Made by a program: the position numbers and the translations under genes
Shown here: in pieces, positions 19,972 through 31,217 of the stretch
How positions within the stretch are numbered: position 1 is the first letter of the stretch
Layout of the letters: every line of letters starts with the position of its first letter
Origin: Andalucia godoyi And28
Taxonomy: Eukaryota > Protista > Jakobida
Assembly: GCA_009859145.1 (NCBI GenBank)
Contig: VRVR01000050.1
Span: 1-64,000, forward strand
Length of the DNA stretch: 64,000 bases
Reading direction: 5' to 3'
Notes under the pieces: generated by a model
Databases searched by the model: none
What the model saw: the letters and a program-made list of their open reading frames with translations, nothing else
What the model was told of the DNA's origin: nothing

Positions 19972-22900
19972 TCACAATGGCACAATGCAGCCACCAGAGG
20001 AGTACACTGGGTATCCCAGAGGAGGATCTGCGGCCTGGACAAGGATGTTTCGAAGCAAGCGTTTGTGAGCCTGAATCGAGTATCGTTCGTCGTCGTCGTT
20101 AGTGGCGTACAAGAGCTCCATGGCCAGCGCGGACCATATGGAACGAACGCACTCTCGATTGATGGAGGCAACAGAAAACACAAGCTTCTGCCGACTGCAC
20201 AAAATGGCGTCCGTCGGTGAGGACAGGCTAAACAAGTTGGGAGTACCCTTCGAAATTTCAGAAGCCCATTCCGGTGCAGACGACACGCCGAAGAACCAGT
20301 CCGTCTGATACTCTCCAAGCACTTGGAACAACTCCTCGCTGTCTGATGGACCCACCATGAGAAACTGGTCCATTGCAATCTTGACCGAGTATCGAACGGC
20401 ATTCAAAACGAGACTTCGCAAATGGTTGTGCTTCTCGACCCAGTCGCGATAGGGGGAGTATGGAAGTGATCCTGAGAACAGCTTGTGCAGGTGATACGGA
20501 GTGGTGGCATGAGGAAGATCAACGGCGCGACAAATCATCTCAAACAGCATCTCGCCGGTGTTCAGACTGGCAGGCTTCTTCAACGGAACAGCAGAACTGA
20601 CGGGCTTGCTGCTGTTCCTCTGCACCACCCAGCTTAATATGTCCTCCAGCTCCTCGTCCTCTTTTTCCTTTTCAGCTTTTTTGAAGGAGGGAGCAGCAGG
20701 AATGGCTCGTGAACGGTCTCCTTCCATCTGATCCTTGAGACCGTCAAGAGGATTGCCAAGCGTGCTCAAGAGAGCGCGAATGTCGTCTGTCAGTTTGGTT
20801 CGGTCCTCAACAAGGTCCTCCGCATCCGCCGGTTTGCTGGAGAGCCATTGAGAAGCTGCGTGTCCTTGCTTCGACAACAAAAAGGCAAGCACTAGAGTGA
20901 AAGCGTCAGGGAATGTCTTCTCAAGCACCTCGGGGTTCTGCAACACCGAGTCTACTTTCGAAGCCGATGTGGAGTATCCTTCCGTGCGAAGCAGGGATAT
21001 GGGAGTCGTCGTGTGAAACCACTTGTGATTCAGCATGAATGACCGGCTGCCTCCAATCGGATTTGCAACTGTTTGTGTCTCCTCAAGAAGAGAATCAATC
21101 TCGGTGGCTTCAACGGCGTGACACGACGTCGTTTGGAACTCCAGGCCTTTCAGACACACCACCGCATAGCCAAGTCCCACTTCAAGTACCTCAAGAAGCA
21201 CGATATTGGCATCTTCTCGAAGCAACAAGGTTTGTCCAGCATCGAGCTCACAAGCGGTGGAAATGCTCCGCATCAGAGAAGGAGCAAGAGCCGCGTAGTA
21301 GGTTGCATCTGCGGAATGCTCGATTCGCATTCTACCACCTGGAAATTGCTTCCGCGTCCGAGGAGAAGACGAAACAAACAACGCGACTCCAAAGACAGGA
21401 AGCAAAGGAACAGACAGTATCACAGACAAAACTAGAAAGGCGACGAAAATGGGAAAGAACAGGAATTGCAATCCCAGCGCCACAAGGTACCCATGGAACC
21501 GCATCTTCTTCTCCGAAACGGTGGTCCACCAATGCAGCCACATAAACGAGCACTTCCTGTACAACTCAGCACTGCGAGAAACAAACAACCCCGCAAAGAA
21601 TAGCAGGTACTCGACAGGAGCCCACACTAGTTGGCCACCTAGGCAATACACGAGGAATACGAGCGACACCTCCAGCTGGGAAATTCTCGACGACTGAAAT
21701 GGCTGCCGAGCAGCCCGCGCAATGAAAATCACCGAGAGCCACGCCTTCGAGCCCGACTGGACAGCAGCAAAGACAAATCCTACGCAAGAAACATGTGCAG
21801 CGATTTGCAATGCTATCCGACAGACATTTTTCGTGGCAGACGATGCTTCAACAAACGGGTGTGAAACGAGGGAGAAGACAGAAGTTGCACAAGTTGCATG
21901 CGCCATCACGATCTGTCCGAAAACGGCACAGAATAGAGCAATCGATCCAAAAATCAAAGCCAAGGTGGAATTCGGAGATGCGCTAAAGGATGAACTCTCA
22001 AACAACACCAAACCGGCTGCAGCGAGACCCACGTACAGCCACGTCGCAACTTGAAACAGAGAGTACTTGGAGATCGAATCCCCGGTCATTTGGTTTGCAT
22101 TGGTCTGCAAGCCTATCAGCACCGCAGTCGCTTTGGAGACTATTTGCGAAGACAGTATCACTCCGACAAGGACGCACAAGAAGAGAAAGCCGCCATGCGA
22201 TAGAAAAGGCTGAACAAAGACCAGCATCACGATGCAGCCGCCTGACAAAAGTGACTGCGCAACAAGCACAAGATCCGATGAGGCATATGAACCGCCAAAA
22301 GCATGAACGAGTGATTGCTCACATGCCCACAAAACGAACACATCCACAGACGGAAGCAGTCCGAGCGCAAACAAGAGAGGAAACGCAGCGAACACGACAT
22401 GCGCGACGAACGAATCGGGAAAGAAGCAAACAGCAAGTGCATAACACAGCCTCGAGACCATATTGAACCCGATAGGATCTTCTGCACAGAGAACGGCTAT
22501 TTCGACAGGACATCTGCCAACCGCAGAGTACATGCAAACCGCCAAAGAGAGAAACCCTGTAGCTACAAACCACCATGACTGTTCCAACACAGCAAATGCA
22601 AGAAATCGGCAGGAGACTCCAGAGACGCCTGTCAGGAGCATTCCAAGAGCAGCGATCTGGAACCACCTTCGTTTCGGAAACAGGCTGGCGAAAGCGGATG
22701 AACTCCACAGGGAGTCCACGTCAGGGTCGTCATCCACAAGCATGCTTAGTGCCGAATTGTGTTTTCCGTTGGCCAGCACGATGCTGTCGGAAGAGTTTCT
22801 TCCCACCGAAAACACAATCTGAAGCACAACAAACAGTGCAAGATTTGCTGCACCGCAGAGGATAAAGACGAGGTAGCCCTCCGCACCGGACACGGTAACT

Positions 22901-23130
22901 CCAAAAACCGAAAAGAGCGCAAAGATGAGAACAACCGCAGGGAATAATAGCCAGAGACTGATTTGAAACATCTTCGCGCTCCAAACCAGTTCATTTTCAG
23001 AAAACAGTCGCAAACCTCCTAAAAGCGTCTCAAGATAACGACGGCGGAGGAATGACCATTTGTAATCATTCATGACGAATGCAACATCGACTCTTCCAGA
23101 TGATCGGCGACCATTCTCATTTGCAGACAT
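19972..23130 (-). CDS. PCNX: Pecanex-like protein (PCNX4 type)
   Basis: NDYKWSFLRRRYLETLLGGLRLF N-terminal motif, many TM helices and the C-terminal ELLYATNDDDERYSIQAHKRLLRNILVQAADPPLGYP motif. Confidence 0.88.
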   Translation of the reverse strand: MSANENGRRSSGRVDVAFVMNDYKWSFLRRRYLETLLGGLRLFSENELVWSAKMFQISLWLLFPAVVLIFALFSVFGVTVSGAEGYLVFILCGAANLALFVVLQIVFSVGRNSSDSIVLANGKHNSALSMLVDDDPDVDSLWSSSAFASLFPKRRWFQIAALGMLLTGVSGVSCRFLAFAVLEQSWWFVATGFLSLAVCMYSAVGRCPVEIAVLCAEDPIGFNMVSRLCYALAVCFFPDSFVAHVVFAAFPLLFALGLLPSVDVFVLWACEQSLVHAFGGSYASSDLVLVAQSLLSGGCIVMLVFVQPFLSHGGFLFLCVLVGVILSSQIVSKATAVLIGLQTNANQMTGDSISKYSLFQVATWLYVGLAAAGLVLFESSSFSASPNSTLALIFGSIALFCAVFGQIVMAHATCATSVFSLVSHPFVEASSATKNVCRIALQIAAHVSCVGFVFAAVQSGSKAWLSVIFIARAARQPFQSSRISQLEVSLVFLVYCLGGQLVWAPVEYLLFFAGLFVSRSAELYRKCSFMWLHWWTTVSEKKMRFHGYLVALGLQFLFFPIFVAFLVLSVILSVPLLPVFGVALFVSSSPRTRKQFPGGRMRIEHSADATYYAALAPSLMRSISTACELDAGQTLLLREDANIVLLEVLEVGLGYAVVCLKGLEFQTTSCHAVEATEIDSLLEETQTVANPIGGSRSFMLNHKWFHTTTPISLLRTEGYSTSASKVDSVLQNPEVLEKTFPDAFTLVLAFLLSKQGHAASQWLSSKPADAEDLVEDRTKLTDDIRALLSTLGNPLDGLKDQMEGDRSRAIPAAPSFKKAEKEKEDEELEDILSWVVQRNSSKPVSSAVPLKKPASLNTGEMLFEMICRAVDLPHATTPYHLHKLFSGSLPYSPYRDWVEKHNHLRSLVLNAVRYSVKIAMDQFLMVGPSDSEELFQVLGEYQTDWFFGVSSAPEWASEISKGTPNLFSLSSPTDAILCSRQKLVFSVASINRECVRSIWSALAMELLYATNDDDERYSIQAHKRLLRNILVQAADPPLGYPVYSSGGCIVPL

Positions 23131-23389
23131 TATTTCATCGCAAGCTGTTGCAATAATCAGCGATATGATTTGATTTTGGAATTTAAAAAAACACGTAATA
23201 AATAAGAAGAAGAAGTATATATGAAAATGTTTCCGTTTTGTTTTGGAAGGAAATGACTGATTCAAAAACAATAACGAGTGAATTGCATTTTTTTGTTTTG
23301 AAGGAGACGGGATTCGGTAATTAGGTAATTTGTCCGACTTGTTTTTTTACAGCAGGAATGTTTTGATTGTCTGCTGCCGTTGCAAGAAT

Positions 23390-24099
23390 CGCTTACATTG
23401 CATACTAACCACGGATGATCATCGCTGATCACCCATAATCAATGTTGCAAACCAGCAACAATGCAGAGCATGATTGGGAAGGTGGTAGGCCCCCAACACG
23501 CCCCTTGGCATGAGAGACGTTCCTAAGATAGATGTAGATGTTGCGCGCGCCGTTCCAATCGCGGTCGAGCGTGCATGTGCACGATGGGCAACCCAACACA
23601 CCTTGTTTCCACACAACTTGCGATGGATTTCCCCGCAACGGCGGCACGCTTTAGATGTGCACTCCTCCGTCACAAGTCACAATCGACACCTGCCGCCCCC
23701 ACGATTTCGCACAGTTTTTGCAGAGCAGCCGCTGCTGGAATTGATAATGGCCCCATGTCAACATCTGCCGCGCAGTTGTCGCCTTGGCGATCTTTCCTGG
23801 CAGCGGCCCAGCGCCGAAGGGTGGCGGTGGTGGAGATGTCATTGGTCCTGTGCAACGCTGCGGGCGTGACGTGCACGGACAATAAGAATAAAAACAAAAA
23901 TAAGAAATGAGCGTCGCTGTGCGAGAACGCAGCGCGGTTGCGTGTTTATATAGGGATTTCATGATCAAAATGGGGCGAAACGAATCGGGCATCGTGTGAC
24001 GGAGTTGCCAAGATAACCAACGCATGCGCATGGCGAGTGGCAGTGTTTTTTTGTTTGCGTGCGCTTTAGATTGCTTCATCATACCGCAATAAGTGACAG
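23390..24099 (-). mobile_element. Non-autonomous Fanzor2/IS607-TnpB-derived element, subfamily B, copy 3 (longest nuclease remnant)
   Basis: Frameshifted remnant: TLRRWAAAR / KIAKATTARQMLTWGHYQFQQRLLCK...VSIV / VTEECTSKACRRCGEIHRKLCGNKV / CPSCTCTLDRDWNGARNIYI. Its ends align with 53424-53657. Confidence 0.88.
23507..23830 (-). pseudogene. Fanzor2/TnpB C-terminal pseudogene fragment inside copy 3
   Basis: Two frame breaks are visible, one from a 7-nt GTGACTT duplication. It has a CxxC...CxxC Zn ribbon and the DRDWNGARNI RuvC-III motif. Boundaries are approximate. Confidence 0.85.
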
Positions 24100-24522
24100 C
24101 GGTACCATCAGAGGTCACAGAAAACGAGAAGACGGTTCCAGATGTGGCGCGCGATATGCGTGAGATGGAACAAAGGAGGGTGGATATCGTCGTCAAAAGG
24201 TCATGCTCGTCCAAGTGCGTGGATGGCAAATCGTCATCCGTCGTGCAATTAATGGATTAATTGTCGACAGGATCAGTGTCACCTGCCCGGCAAGGTGCGC
24301 AGCATGAAGAACTACGGACTCTTCCAAACATCTGCAGCAGGAGATGGGTGGCAGGGAAGGAAAATGATATGTAAAAAAATCAGAAAATTTGGTTCTTTTA
24401 CGCTAGAATACAGATCATCGACAAGAATGAGAGGAAATGTTCGGAAAATGAAACCTGCAGCAGTGCACGGTTTTTAGAATAACGACGGTGACAACAACAG
24501 TATGAACGCGCATCCAAGCGTC

Positions 24523-26112
24523 TTACAGGTATCTAGATCCTGACGGTTGTCTTGCAGGGGCGATAGAACTGGATCTGGAGCCGGACCCAGAGCCAGAAAG
24601 AGTTTTCAAGAGAAAAAGATCCTCGTCGGCAGCACCATTATTGTTTGAGTTTCCCCAAGAAGCTCCAGACACCGACACACCAGGCTGCATGGAACTTGAA
24701 ATCAGCGGTTCTTTCGGCTCAGCATGGAAAACACGGATTGCGTTGGTGAGCCGTCTGTGCAGAACCTGGATTTCGGATTCGAGCATCTCGACAGTTCGCT
24801 TCACTTCAAAAACAGCACTACTTCCGTTCGGCCCACCGGCTACTTCGTCTCCTCCAAGGCCAGTAGTTCTGCGAATGTGGTCATCGAACCGAGACGCCGC
24901 CCTCTGCAGCGTCATCAAATCACTCTTAATCCCGTTTGTCGTGCGCGTCGATTCCTCCAGTCGATTCACTGCCGTCTCCTCCAGCTCGTTTCCCCAGCGA
25001 ATTTGCTGCTCCAGACGATCCTGTGTCATTCGAAGCCCCGATTCTACATCTGCAATCCTGGCCAGAATACTCGATGTATTGGACTGTGCGTTCTGCGCCA
25101 TGCGCTCCGCACTCTCTGCAGACAGCGACAGCCTGTCCAAGCGGTCTACCGTCTCTCCAAATCGCTTTTCCACAAGTGTCACAACTCTTTCCGTAGACGA
25201 TGAAGACGATAACGTCGACGCCTCCAATACCGCCAAGCGATGCTCCATTGCTGCGAGCGCCCCTGCAACACCAACTCGTTCTCGGTCTGACGCGTCGCGC
25301 ATCGCCGACAGCGTGGCCTCCAGCCTTACAAAGTGGTCATCCAGGATGGTTCGGAATCGCATCCGCTCCTGCTCCGACTGAAACACATTCTGACCCCCTC
25401 CTCCAAAACCAATATTCCCAGTCGACAACGAAGACGAAGGGGGTCCATACAGCGACGATCCAGCGCCCGTTGTGGGAGCCACAGACCCCAGCAATGCATC
25501 AAACTGCGCACGGATATCGTCACGGACGTGATGCAAGTCCTGTGAGAGCGCCTGGGCCTGTGCCTCCATGGACTCTTGGATCGCACGGATGTCAGTCCTG
25601 CCTGTACTTGCACCCATATTTCCATATGCCCCCACCGGCGGGTTGGATCCCGACAAGTTCGACGACGACGGAGCACCCGAAGAAGCACTGCCCAGACGCG
25701 ACAACTGATGGTCAATATCGCGGAGCGTGGTGGAGGCCAGCACGCGCCGAGCATCCGAAACACCTCCACCAGAAGATGCCGACGAAGAAGCAGCACCAGC
25801 GCCAGCACCGTATCCAGACCCTGAATTCGGAGTAAACGTCAAGCTGGAAGAGCGCAGAGTGGGTCGAGAAGGCGTAGCGTCGCGTACAGGCGCAGTCGGT
25901 TCGAAATCATGTTCGGAAAGCGACGGCCCACGCGAGCCAGATGCAAAAGACTGGTTGTTGGGCTCCATCGAAAGCCGTCGGTATGCAGACGACGGATATT
26001 GATTTGCTGATGACGCAGACGCACCAGCATTGGCTGATTGTCCAGACTGGTGGGAATTCGCTGCCGACAGCAGCGGAACAGAGTCTGTGAATCGAACTGC
26101 TGACAGCGACAT
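24523..26112 (-). CDS. Ser/Gly-rich protein with a coiled-coil C-terminal half, function unknown
   Basis: 529-aa ORF with coding-like composition. No family was recognised. Confidence 0.7.
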   Translation of the reverse strand: MSLSAVRFTDSVPLLSAANSHQSGQSANAGASASSANQYPSSAYRRLSMEPNNQSFASGSRGPSLSEHDFEPTAPVRDATPSRPTLRSSSLTFTPNSGSGYGAGAGAASSSASSGGGVSDARRVLASTTLRDIDHQLSRLGSASSGAPSSSNLSGSNPPVGAYGNMGASTGRTDIRAIQESMEAQAQALSQDLHHVRDDIRAQFDALLGSVAPTTGAGSSLYGPPSSSLSTGNIGFGGGGQNVFQSEQERMRFRTILDDHFVRLEATLSAMRDASDRERVGVAGALAAMEHRLAVLEASTLSSSSSTERVVTLVEKRFGETVDRLDRLSLSAESAERMAQNAQSNTSSILARIADVESGLRMTQDRLEQQIRWGNELEETAVNRLEESTRTTNGIKSDLMTLQRAASRFDDHIRRTTGLGGDEVAGGPNGSSAVFEVKRTVEMLESEIQVLHRRLTNAIRVFHAEPKEPLISSSMQPGVSVSGASWGNSNNNGAADEDLFLLKTLSGSGSGSRSSSIAPARQPSGSRYL

Positions 26113-26856
26113 TCTCTTTTTTCTCTTTTCTTTTCGTTACTTGTTTTTTCCTGACTGTGTTCCGTTGCAGTAGAAGATCCAGCGTGAAACCTGGATAGAC
26201 GACAAGAGACACGTACTGGCAGAGAATGAACGCAATTGCAATCACAGTCACAATCAATCACAATTGCAATTGCAATGAGAGCCGCTCAAAACAAAAAAAC
26301 AAGGAAGCGGACAAGTTTGTCAAGGCCCGACTCCTTTGCAGATCAGAATCCAGTGTGAAAAACGGACGGAGAAAGTCGTGTAAGAAGAAGATAAAGGAGA
26401 TGGGGAAAAAAAGGAAAGGGGAAAAAATATGAAAAAAACAGTGACTTCTTTTTTCTGCGAGAGAGGGTTTTCCCGTTTTTCTGATTTTCTTCTCTTTTTT
26501 TTTTCCCCCTCTTTCCTTTGTTTTCTTTCTTTTCACTGTTGCGATTGGGGGGGAAAGAGTAAAGGCGGGAAAAGATGAGATGAAAAAAACAACGGGAAAC
26601 GCACACGGCTCTGTTTGCTGAGCTTGTGCACATCAGATGGTGGTGTCATGGCCCATCGGACACAGCTCATACAAGCCATTTTGCTCATGCCCGAGTTGCC
26701 GACACAATCGCATATTTTATTTTTACAGACGTTATTTCACATTTGCCCGATTTGGGGGGAAACGGGTCGTTTGAAACTACGGCGAGTTCGGAAACTTACA
26801 GCACCGATACGTGGGGCATGGCAGCTGGCAGGAGGAACGGCAGGTGGCTAATCCGT

Positions 26857-27426
26857 TCAAGGAAGCACCCCGCCCTTTGCATGAATTGCATAGGACCGAA
26901 ACAGATTGACGTCTGCATCCTTGTCTTCCTGCGACAACTCAAACACAATGTTTGCGATCTGCTCCTTTCTTTTCGCAGCCCGCGCATCTCGATCTCCAAC
27001 ATACTCCTCCGGTCCCGGTTCCATCATTTCTCTTCTTCTAAGCTTCCTGGCAACCTGTTCACGAAACACCACTGTGGAAGAAGGCTGCACCCCCTTCAAA
27101 GGAAACTCGGTCTCCTCCAGCTTCTTTTGTCTCTCCAACACCACCGTCAGCATTTCCTGCTTCAATCGCCCAATTTCGTCCTTTTCTTCATCTTCTGCCT
27201 GCTTCTTTTCGGCGGCAAATCGACGATTCGCAGCGATTATTTGAGCCCTTCGCACGCGGTCCGATGCTTCAAGCCGAGCAGTCGTCCGGCGCTTGACGAG
27301 AGAGACGCGTTTCGTCAATTCGGGATGAATGTCCGCCAGGATCGCAGACGCCTCTTCCTGAAGCGTCATCATTTCGTGTTCATACTGCGTTGCCCCGGTC
27401 GCCGAAAGTGCAAATTTACTCGACAT
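26857..27426 (-). CDS. Sds3/BRMS1-like Sin3-HDAC complex subunit
   Basis: HPEL...RxxxRL...F.AE..QA..E...LK.EML....ERQKKLEE and the C-terminal IVFELSQEDKDADV pattern. Confidence 0.55.
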   Translation of the reverse strand: MSSKFALSATGATQYEHEMMTLQEEASAILADIHPELTKRVSLVKRRTTARLEASDRVRRAQIIAANRRFAAEKKQAEDEEKDEIGRLKQEMLTVVLERQKKLEETEFPLKGVQPSSTVVFREQVARKLRRREMMEPGPEEYVGDRDARAAKRKEQIANIVFELSQEDKDADVNLFRSYAIHAKGGVLP

Positions 27427-28404
27427 TCTTTCTGAAATAAATTGTCTTCGGTCCGTCCGTCAAAAGTAGCAGAGCAGAGAAAAGGGGAAACCAAAGAAAA
27501 ATACCACTACTACAACTACTACTACTGCAGCAACAACAGCCAATAAACGATAGCGATAATTAAAATAGTGGAAAACGAAAAAGACCTTCAAACCAGATTG
27601 GTGATGCGACGTGACTGCAATCGGAAGAAACGTAAGAAGCGGCGTCGATTGAAACGATTCTTACCTAGGACAACTCGCCAAGGCTGAGAAGCAGGTGAAG
27701 ACAACACTTTTTCAAAATGGATTGGCAGTCGACGTTTGCCGACGTGGCACACGCTTTTTTCCCTTCTTTTGTTGGCAGTTCAAAAAGCAGACATCCACTG
27801 TAATACAAAAAAGGTTGCAAAAAACCAAAACCACGGAAAGTCCCTTTGATTAGCGGATTTTATTTAGGAAATCTCTTGGGAGCACTCTAACCCTAGTGCA
27901 CCCTTAGGGTTTCCGCTGCTCTTCTGTGCATCACCCCCCAAATTTCTAATGTTCCCAAACACCGTGATTTTATTTCTCGTGTTTCTCGTTTCTTGTGGGT
28001 TGTCTTTATCCTTATCGCACAGGTTTGTATTCTAGCCCCTTAGTACCTTGTCTTTTTGCATAGGAACTGGTTTGCAGTCGTCTGGGTCAAAGTCGTCACA
28101 AAAAAGTCGCATCGATCGCCACGCGTTATCGAATCGGAATTCTCATTTGTCAGTTCGCTACCGTCGTCGTCTTCACAAACCTGTCGTTTGTGTTTGGCTC
28201 GATTTCATCACATCCACACTGCCCTCCTGGCACCCGCTGTCCCGACGTTTTTTGTAACCCTGCGATTGCATCCATAGTCCCCTGCTTTTGAGAGATTCCT
28301 CCTCTCCTTGCTCTTCTTTCCAGTGATTCACCCAGCATATTCTAACACGTTTCGTTTTTTCTTCGTCTTTTGTCCCTTTTTTCTGTTTTGTTATCAACAT
28401 TAGC

Positions 28405-28983
28405 ATGGGCCGCAACTACCGTAACTACTCTACGACTTATCGTGCACCTCGTCGCCCCTTCGAGAAGGAGCGTCTCGAGCAGGAGGTTAAGCTTTGCGGA
28501 GAATATGGTCTCCGTGCCAAGCTTGAGATCTGGCGCATGAACTTCTTGCTCGGACACATCCGTAAGACTGCCCGTGTCTTGCTGACCCGTGACGAGAAGG
28601 ATTCTCAGCGCCTGTTCGAGGGAGCCGCTCTCCTTCGCCGCCTGAACCGTCTCGGTCTCTTGGGGGAGACTGAGCAGAAGCTCGATTATGTCCTCGGACT
28701 CAAGGTTGAGAACCTCCTCGAACGACGACTCCAGACTGTTGTCTTCAAGAAAGGTCTTGCCAAGTCTATCCACCACGCCCGTGTTCTCATCAAGCAGGGA
28801 CACATCTGTGTTGGAAAGCAGGTTGTTACGTCTGCCTCCTTCATGGTTCGTGTTGATGCTGAGAAGCACATCGACTTCTCCCCCCTGTCCCCGTACGGAG
28901 GTGGAAAGTCTGGCCGTGTGAAGCGCCGCAACGACAAGATGCGCAAGACTCGTGAGTCTGGCAGCACTGAGGACGAGTATTAA
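28405..28983 (+). CDS. RPS9: 40S ribosomal protein uS4/S9
   Basis: [23 protein letters not shown]...[30 protein letters not shown]...GRVKR. Confidence 0.98.
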   Translation: MGRNYRNYSTTYRAPRRPFEKERLEQEVKLCGEYGLRAKLEIWRMNFLLGHIRKTARVLLTRDEKDSQRLFEGAALLRRLNRLGLLGETEQKLDYVLGLKVENLLERRLQTVVFKKGLAKSIHHARVLIKQGHICVGKQVVTSASFMVRVDAEKHIDFSPLSPYGGGKSGRVKRRNDKMRKTRESGSTEDEY

Positions 28984-29120
28984 GCGCTGTGAGTTTACGC
29001 ATTCGTAAATAAAATAGACAAGAAGTGAGTGAATTGCGAGTTGCAGAATATCTCTTTTTCTTATTATTACCGGGTTTTGTTCTGTTTTGTTTGTTTGTTT
29101 GTTTGTAAATTACGCAATTG

Positions 29121-30764
29121 CTATTGGAGCGATGTCAGGACCCGGTGCACCGCTCGGTGATCTGCGGCAATGACATCGGCTAGGGCATTCATGACCAGCA
29201 CGCCAGCATCAGTTCTTCCAAACGGCGTAATTGGCTGAAATTTCCCAATGATCGCATCATGCGTCGACCACGAATCGATCTCGACATCCAAGTGCCGCCA
29301 CGACAACGTGTGCAATCTCGAATGCATCCTTCGACAAACGATTGCTAGCATTTCCGAGTCCGTGACCAAGTCAAAATCATCTTCCGTCGCCGACGCACTC
29401 TGGCCATATTCGTCAACAGTGTTCCGATCCTCGTCGCTGATCCTGTCCACGGAGCTGTCGGAGATGACGGACGATGCATGGGTGTGTGAACGCGACATGG
29501 GATTGTCGACTATGTGCGCGTGCGAAAATGTAAACTGTGCTCTTCCAGACGGGCTCCCTGAATGTCCCGCAGAAACTCCATCCTCGCCCTTCTGCGACTG
29601 CGAGTGCAAGTCCAGCGTGAACGCACCGCACAAGACATCCACAGCGGCCACTCGACGAAGTGACGGGGAACAGCCACGCACCCGAACTGGAGTGACTCCG
29701 CGTCCCCATTGCACGGTTGCGTCGTACGGATTCTTGAGAGCAATCGCTGCTGAGCAAAACGGCACCTGAATATCATTCTTCACGTTGGACACTGCAGTGC
29801 GTGTCCCGAAACGGCTTAGCGCACGCATGTACACAGAGTCTGGTGTGCTCATTTCCACCAGCAACGGTCTGCGGACAGGAGGGGCTGCGACGTCTTTCGA
29901 GCTTATGCTGTTCACCTGATTCGTTGCTGCCGTTGAACCCGGTTCCGAGTCCGCGGGGACAGAAGGGGGATGCACGCCCCAGAAGAGATTATGCATCTTG
30001 GTCAACCCGGATTGAACCAGCGGTACGCCCCAAGAACTGCGTGCATTGGCGGTTTCTGCTTTTGGAAGAGAAGCCTGATTCAGCGTCGCGGCACTCGCAC
30101 TCAGCGTCGCGTCTGATGCTTGTGCACTCTCCGTTGACGGAGCTGCAGGCAGCAGCATCAGCAGATCGCGGCCGGTAGCACCGAACGCGAACCTCGTGAT
30201 TCCATGAACGAAGCTGTTGAACATGCCATACGACGCTCTTCGCGATCCGAGATGCGGACTTGCGACAGACACATACGACACAAACTGCACTTTAGAAGTC
30301 GTAAACAAGAACGGCACGTCGCTGAACAGCGCACCGATTGCATACCGAAAGTATATGCCGCCAAGCGAATGCCCAATGCAAGAAACACAGACATGCACAT
30401 CACTCCCGGACCCTGACTCCGGCTCCAACTGTGACCCGGACTCGAGCTCTGACACGGACTCGGCGCAACTCACGCATCCCAAATAATCCGCCACTTCCCG
30501 AGGACCTGGATCTGATAATGAAATGTGCATTGCAATTTCGAGCCGCATGGACTGTGCAATCCGCCGACCACCAGCCTCAATTCCCTGCCGCGTCAAAGCA
30601 AACCCGTCGTTCACATCCAGGTCAATGATCCGGACACAGTCTTTCATTTCCCGGTTGTCAGGATGCGAAAACGAGCGCAGAAGACCCGCAGAAAGCGATG
30701 ACAAATCCGTCGAATGGCCATGTAGCCCATGCGATAGAAACACAAGATGGACAACCCTGGTCAT
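29121..30764 (-). CDS. DUF676 putative serine esterase/lipase (alpha/beta hydrolase)
   Basis: HLVFLSHGLHG, GHSLGG nucleophile elbow, ASPHLGSR and a C-terminal His (STHDAII). Confidence 0.85.
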   Translation of the reverse strand: MTRVVHLVFLSHGLHGHSTDLSSLSAGLLRSFSHPDNREMKDCVRIIDLDVNDGFALTRQGIEAGGRRIAQSMRLEIAMHISLSDPGPREVADYLGCVSCAESVSELESGSQLEPESGSGSDVHVCVSCIGHSLGGIYFRYAIGALFSDVPFLFTTSKVQFVSYVSVASPHLGSRRASYGMFNSFVHGITRFAFGATGRDLLMLLPAAPSTESAQASDATLSASAATLNQASLPKAETANARSSWGVPLVQSGLTKMHNLFWGVHPPSVPADSEPGSTAATNQVNSISSKDVAAPPVRRPLLVEMSTPDSVYMRALSRFGTRTAVSNVKNDIQVPFCSAAIALKNPYDATVQWGRGVTPVRVRGCSPSLRRVAAVDVLCGAFTLDLHSQSQKGEDGVSAGHSGSPSGRAQFTFSHAHIVDNPMSRSHTHASSVISDSSVDRISDEDRNTVDEYGQSASATEDDFDLVTDSEMLAIVCRRMHSRLHTLSWRHLDVEIDSWSTHDAIIGKFQPITPFGRTDAGVLVMNALADVIAADHRAVHRVLTSLQ

Positions 30765-31217
30765 TCTGCTGGTCGCTGAAACAAATACTATAGTGTAGGT
30801 GTCTCCCCGGAGATTCAGTACGCGTGCTGGGGTTGCTCCACAGTATGTCCTCCTAGATTCGGATAAACAAAGCGCAATAGTGTATTAAATTGCTTCTATG
30901 CTGGCGATGCAAAAACCCATGAAACTCGGAAAGAGGAGGAGAAGAACAACAAGATCATAGATCTAAATCTAAAAACGATTCGTCTTTTTGCTTGTGGAAC
31001 TTCTTGCCTCAAGAAAGACGAGCACAGTTGAGTAGGAGGGAAGTCGAGCATCGGGGATTTCAAAACCCTCAAAATCGCCGATTTTGGGCAGCCTTCGTGC
31101 TTTCGCAGCTCTGCAGTTCTGCACCAGTTTCCGCGGGAGTTCCCGGCATTCCGCCTGCTCGTCGTGTTTTCTTTTTGTAAGCCGACCGAAGGAGTCGATT
31201 GAAAAGAAGAGTCGAAA

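Noticed and set aside
23651-24229. 192-aa ORF that could be read as an intact gene
   Set aside because: It runs by chance across flank, element left end and part of the Fanzor remnant. Only the last ~45 codons are homologous to Fanzor.
27655-27672. CTTACCT, similar to the U1 snRNA 5' end
   Set aside because: No U1 stem-loops or Sm site follow.
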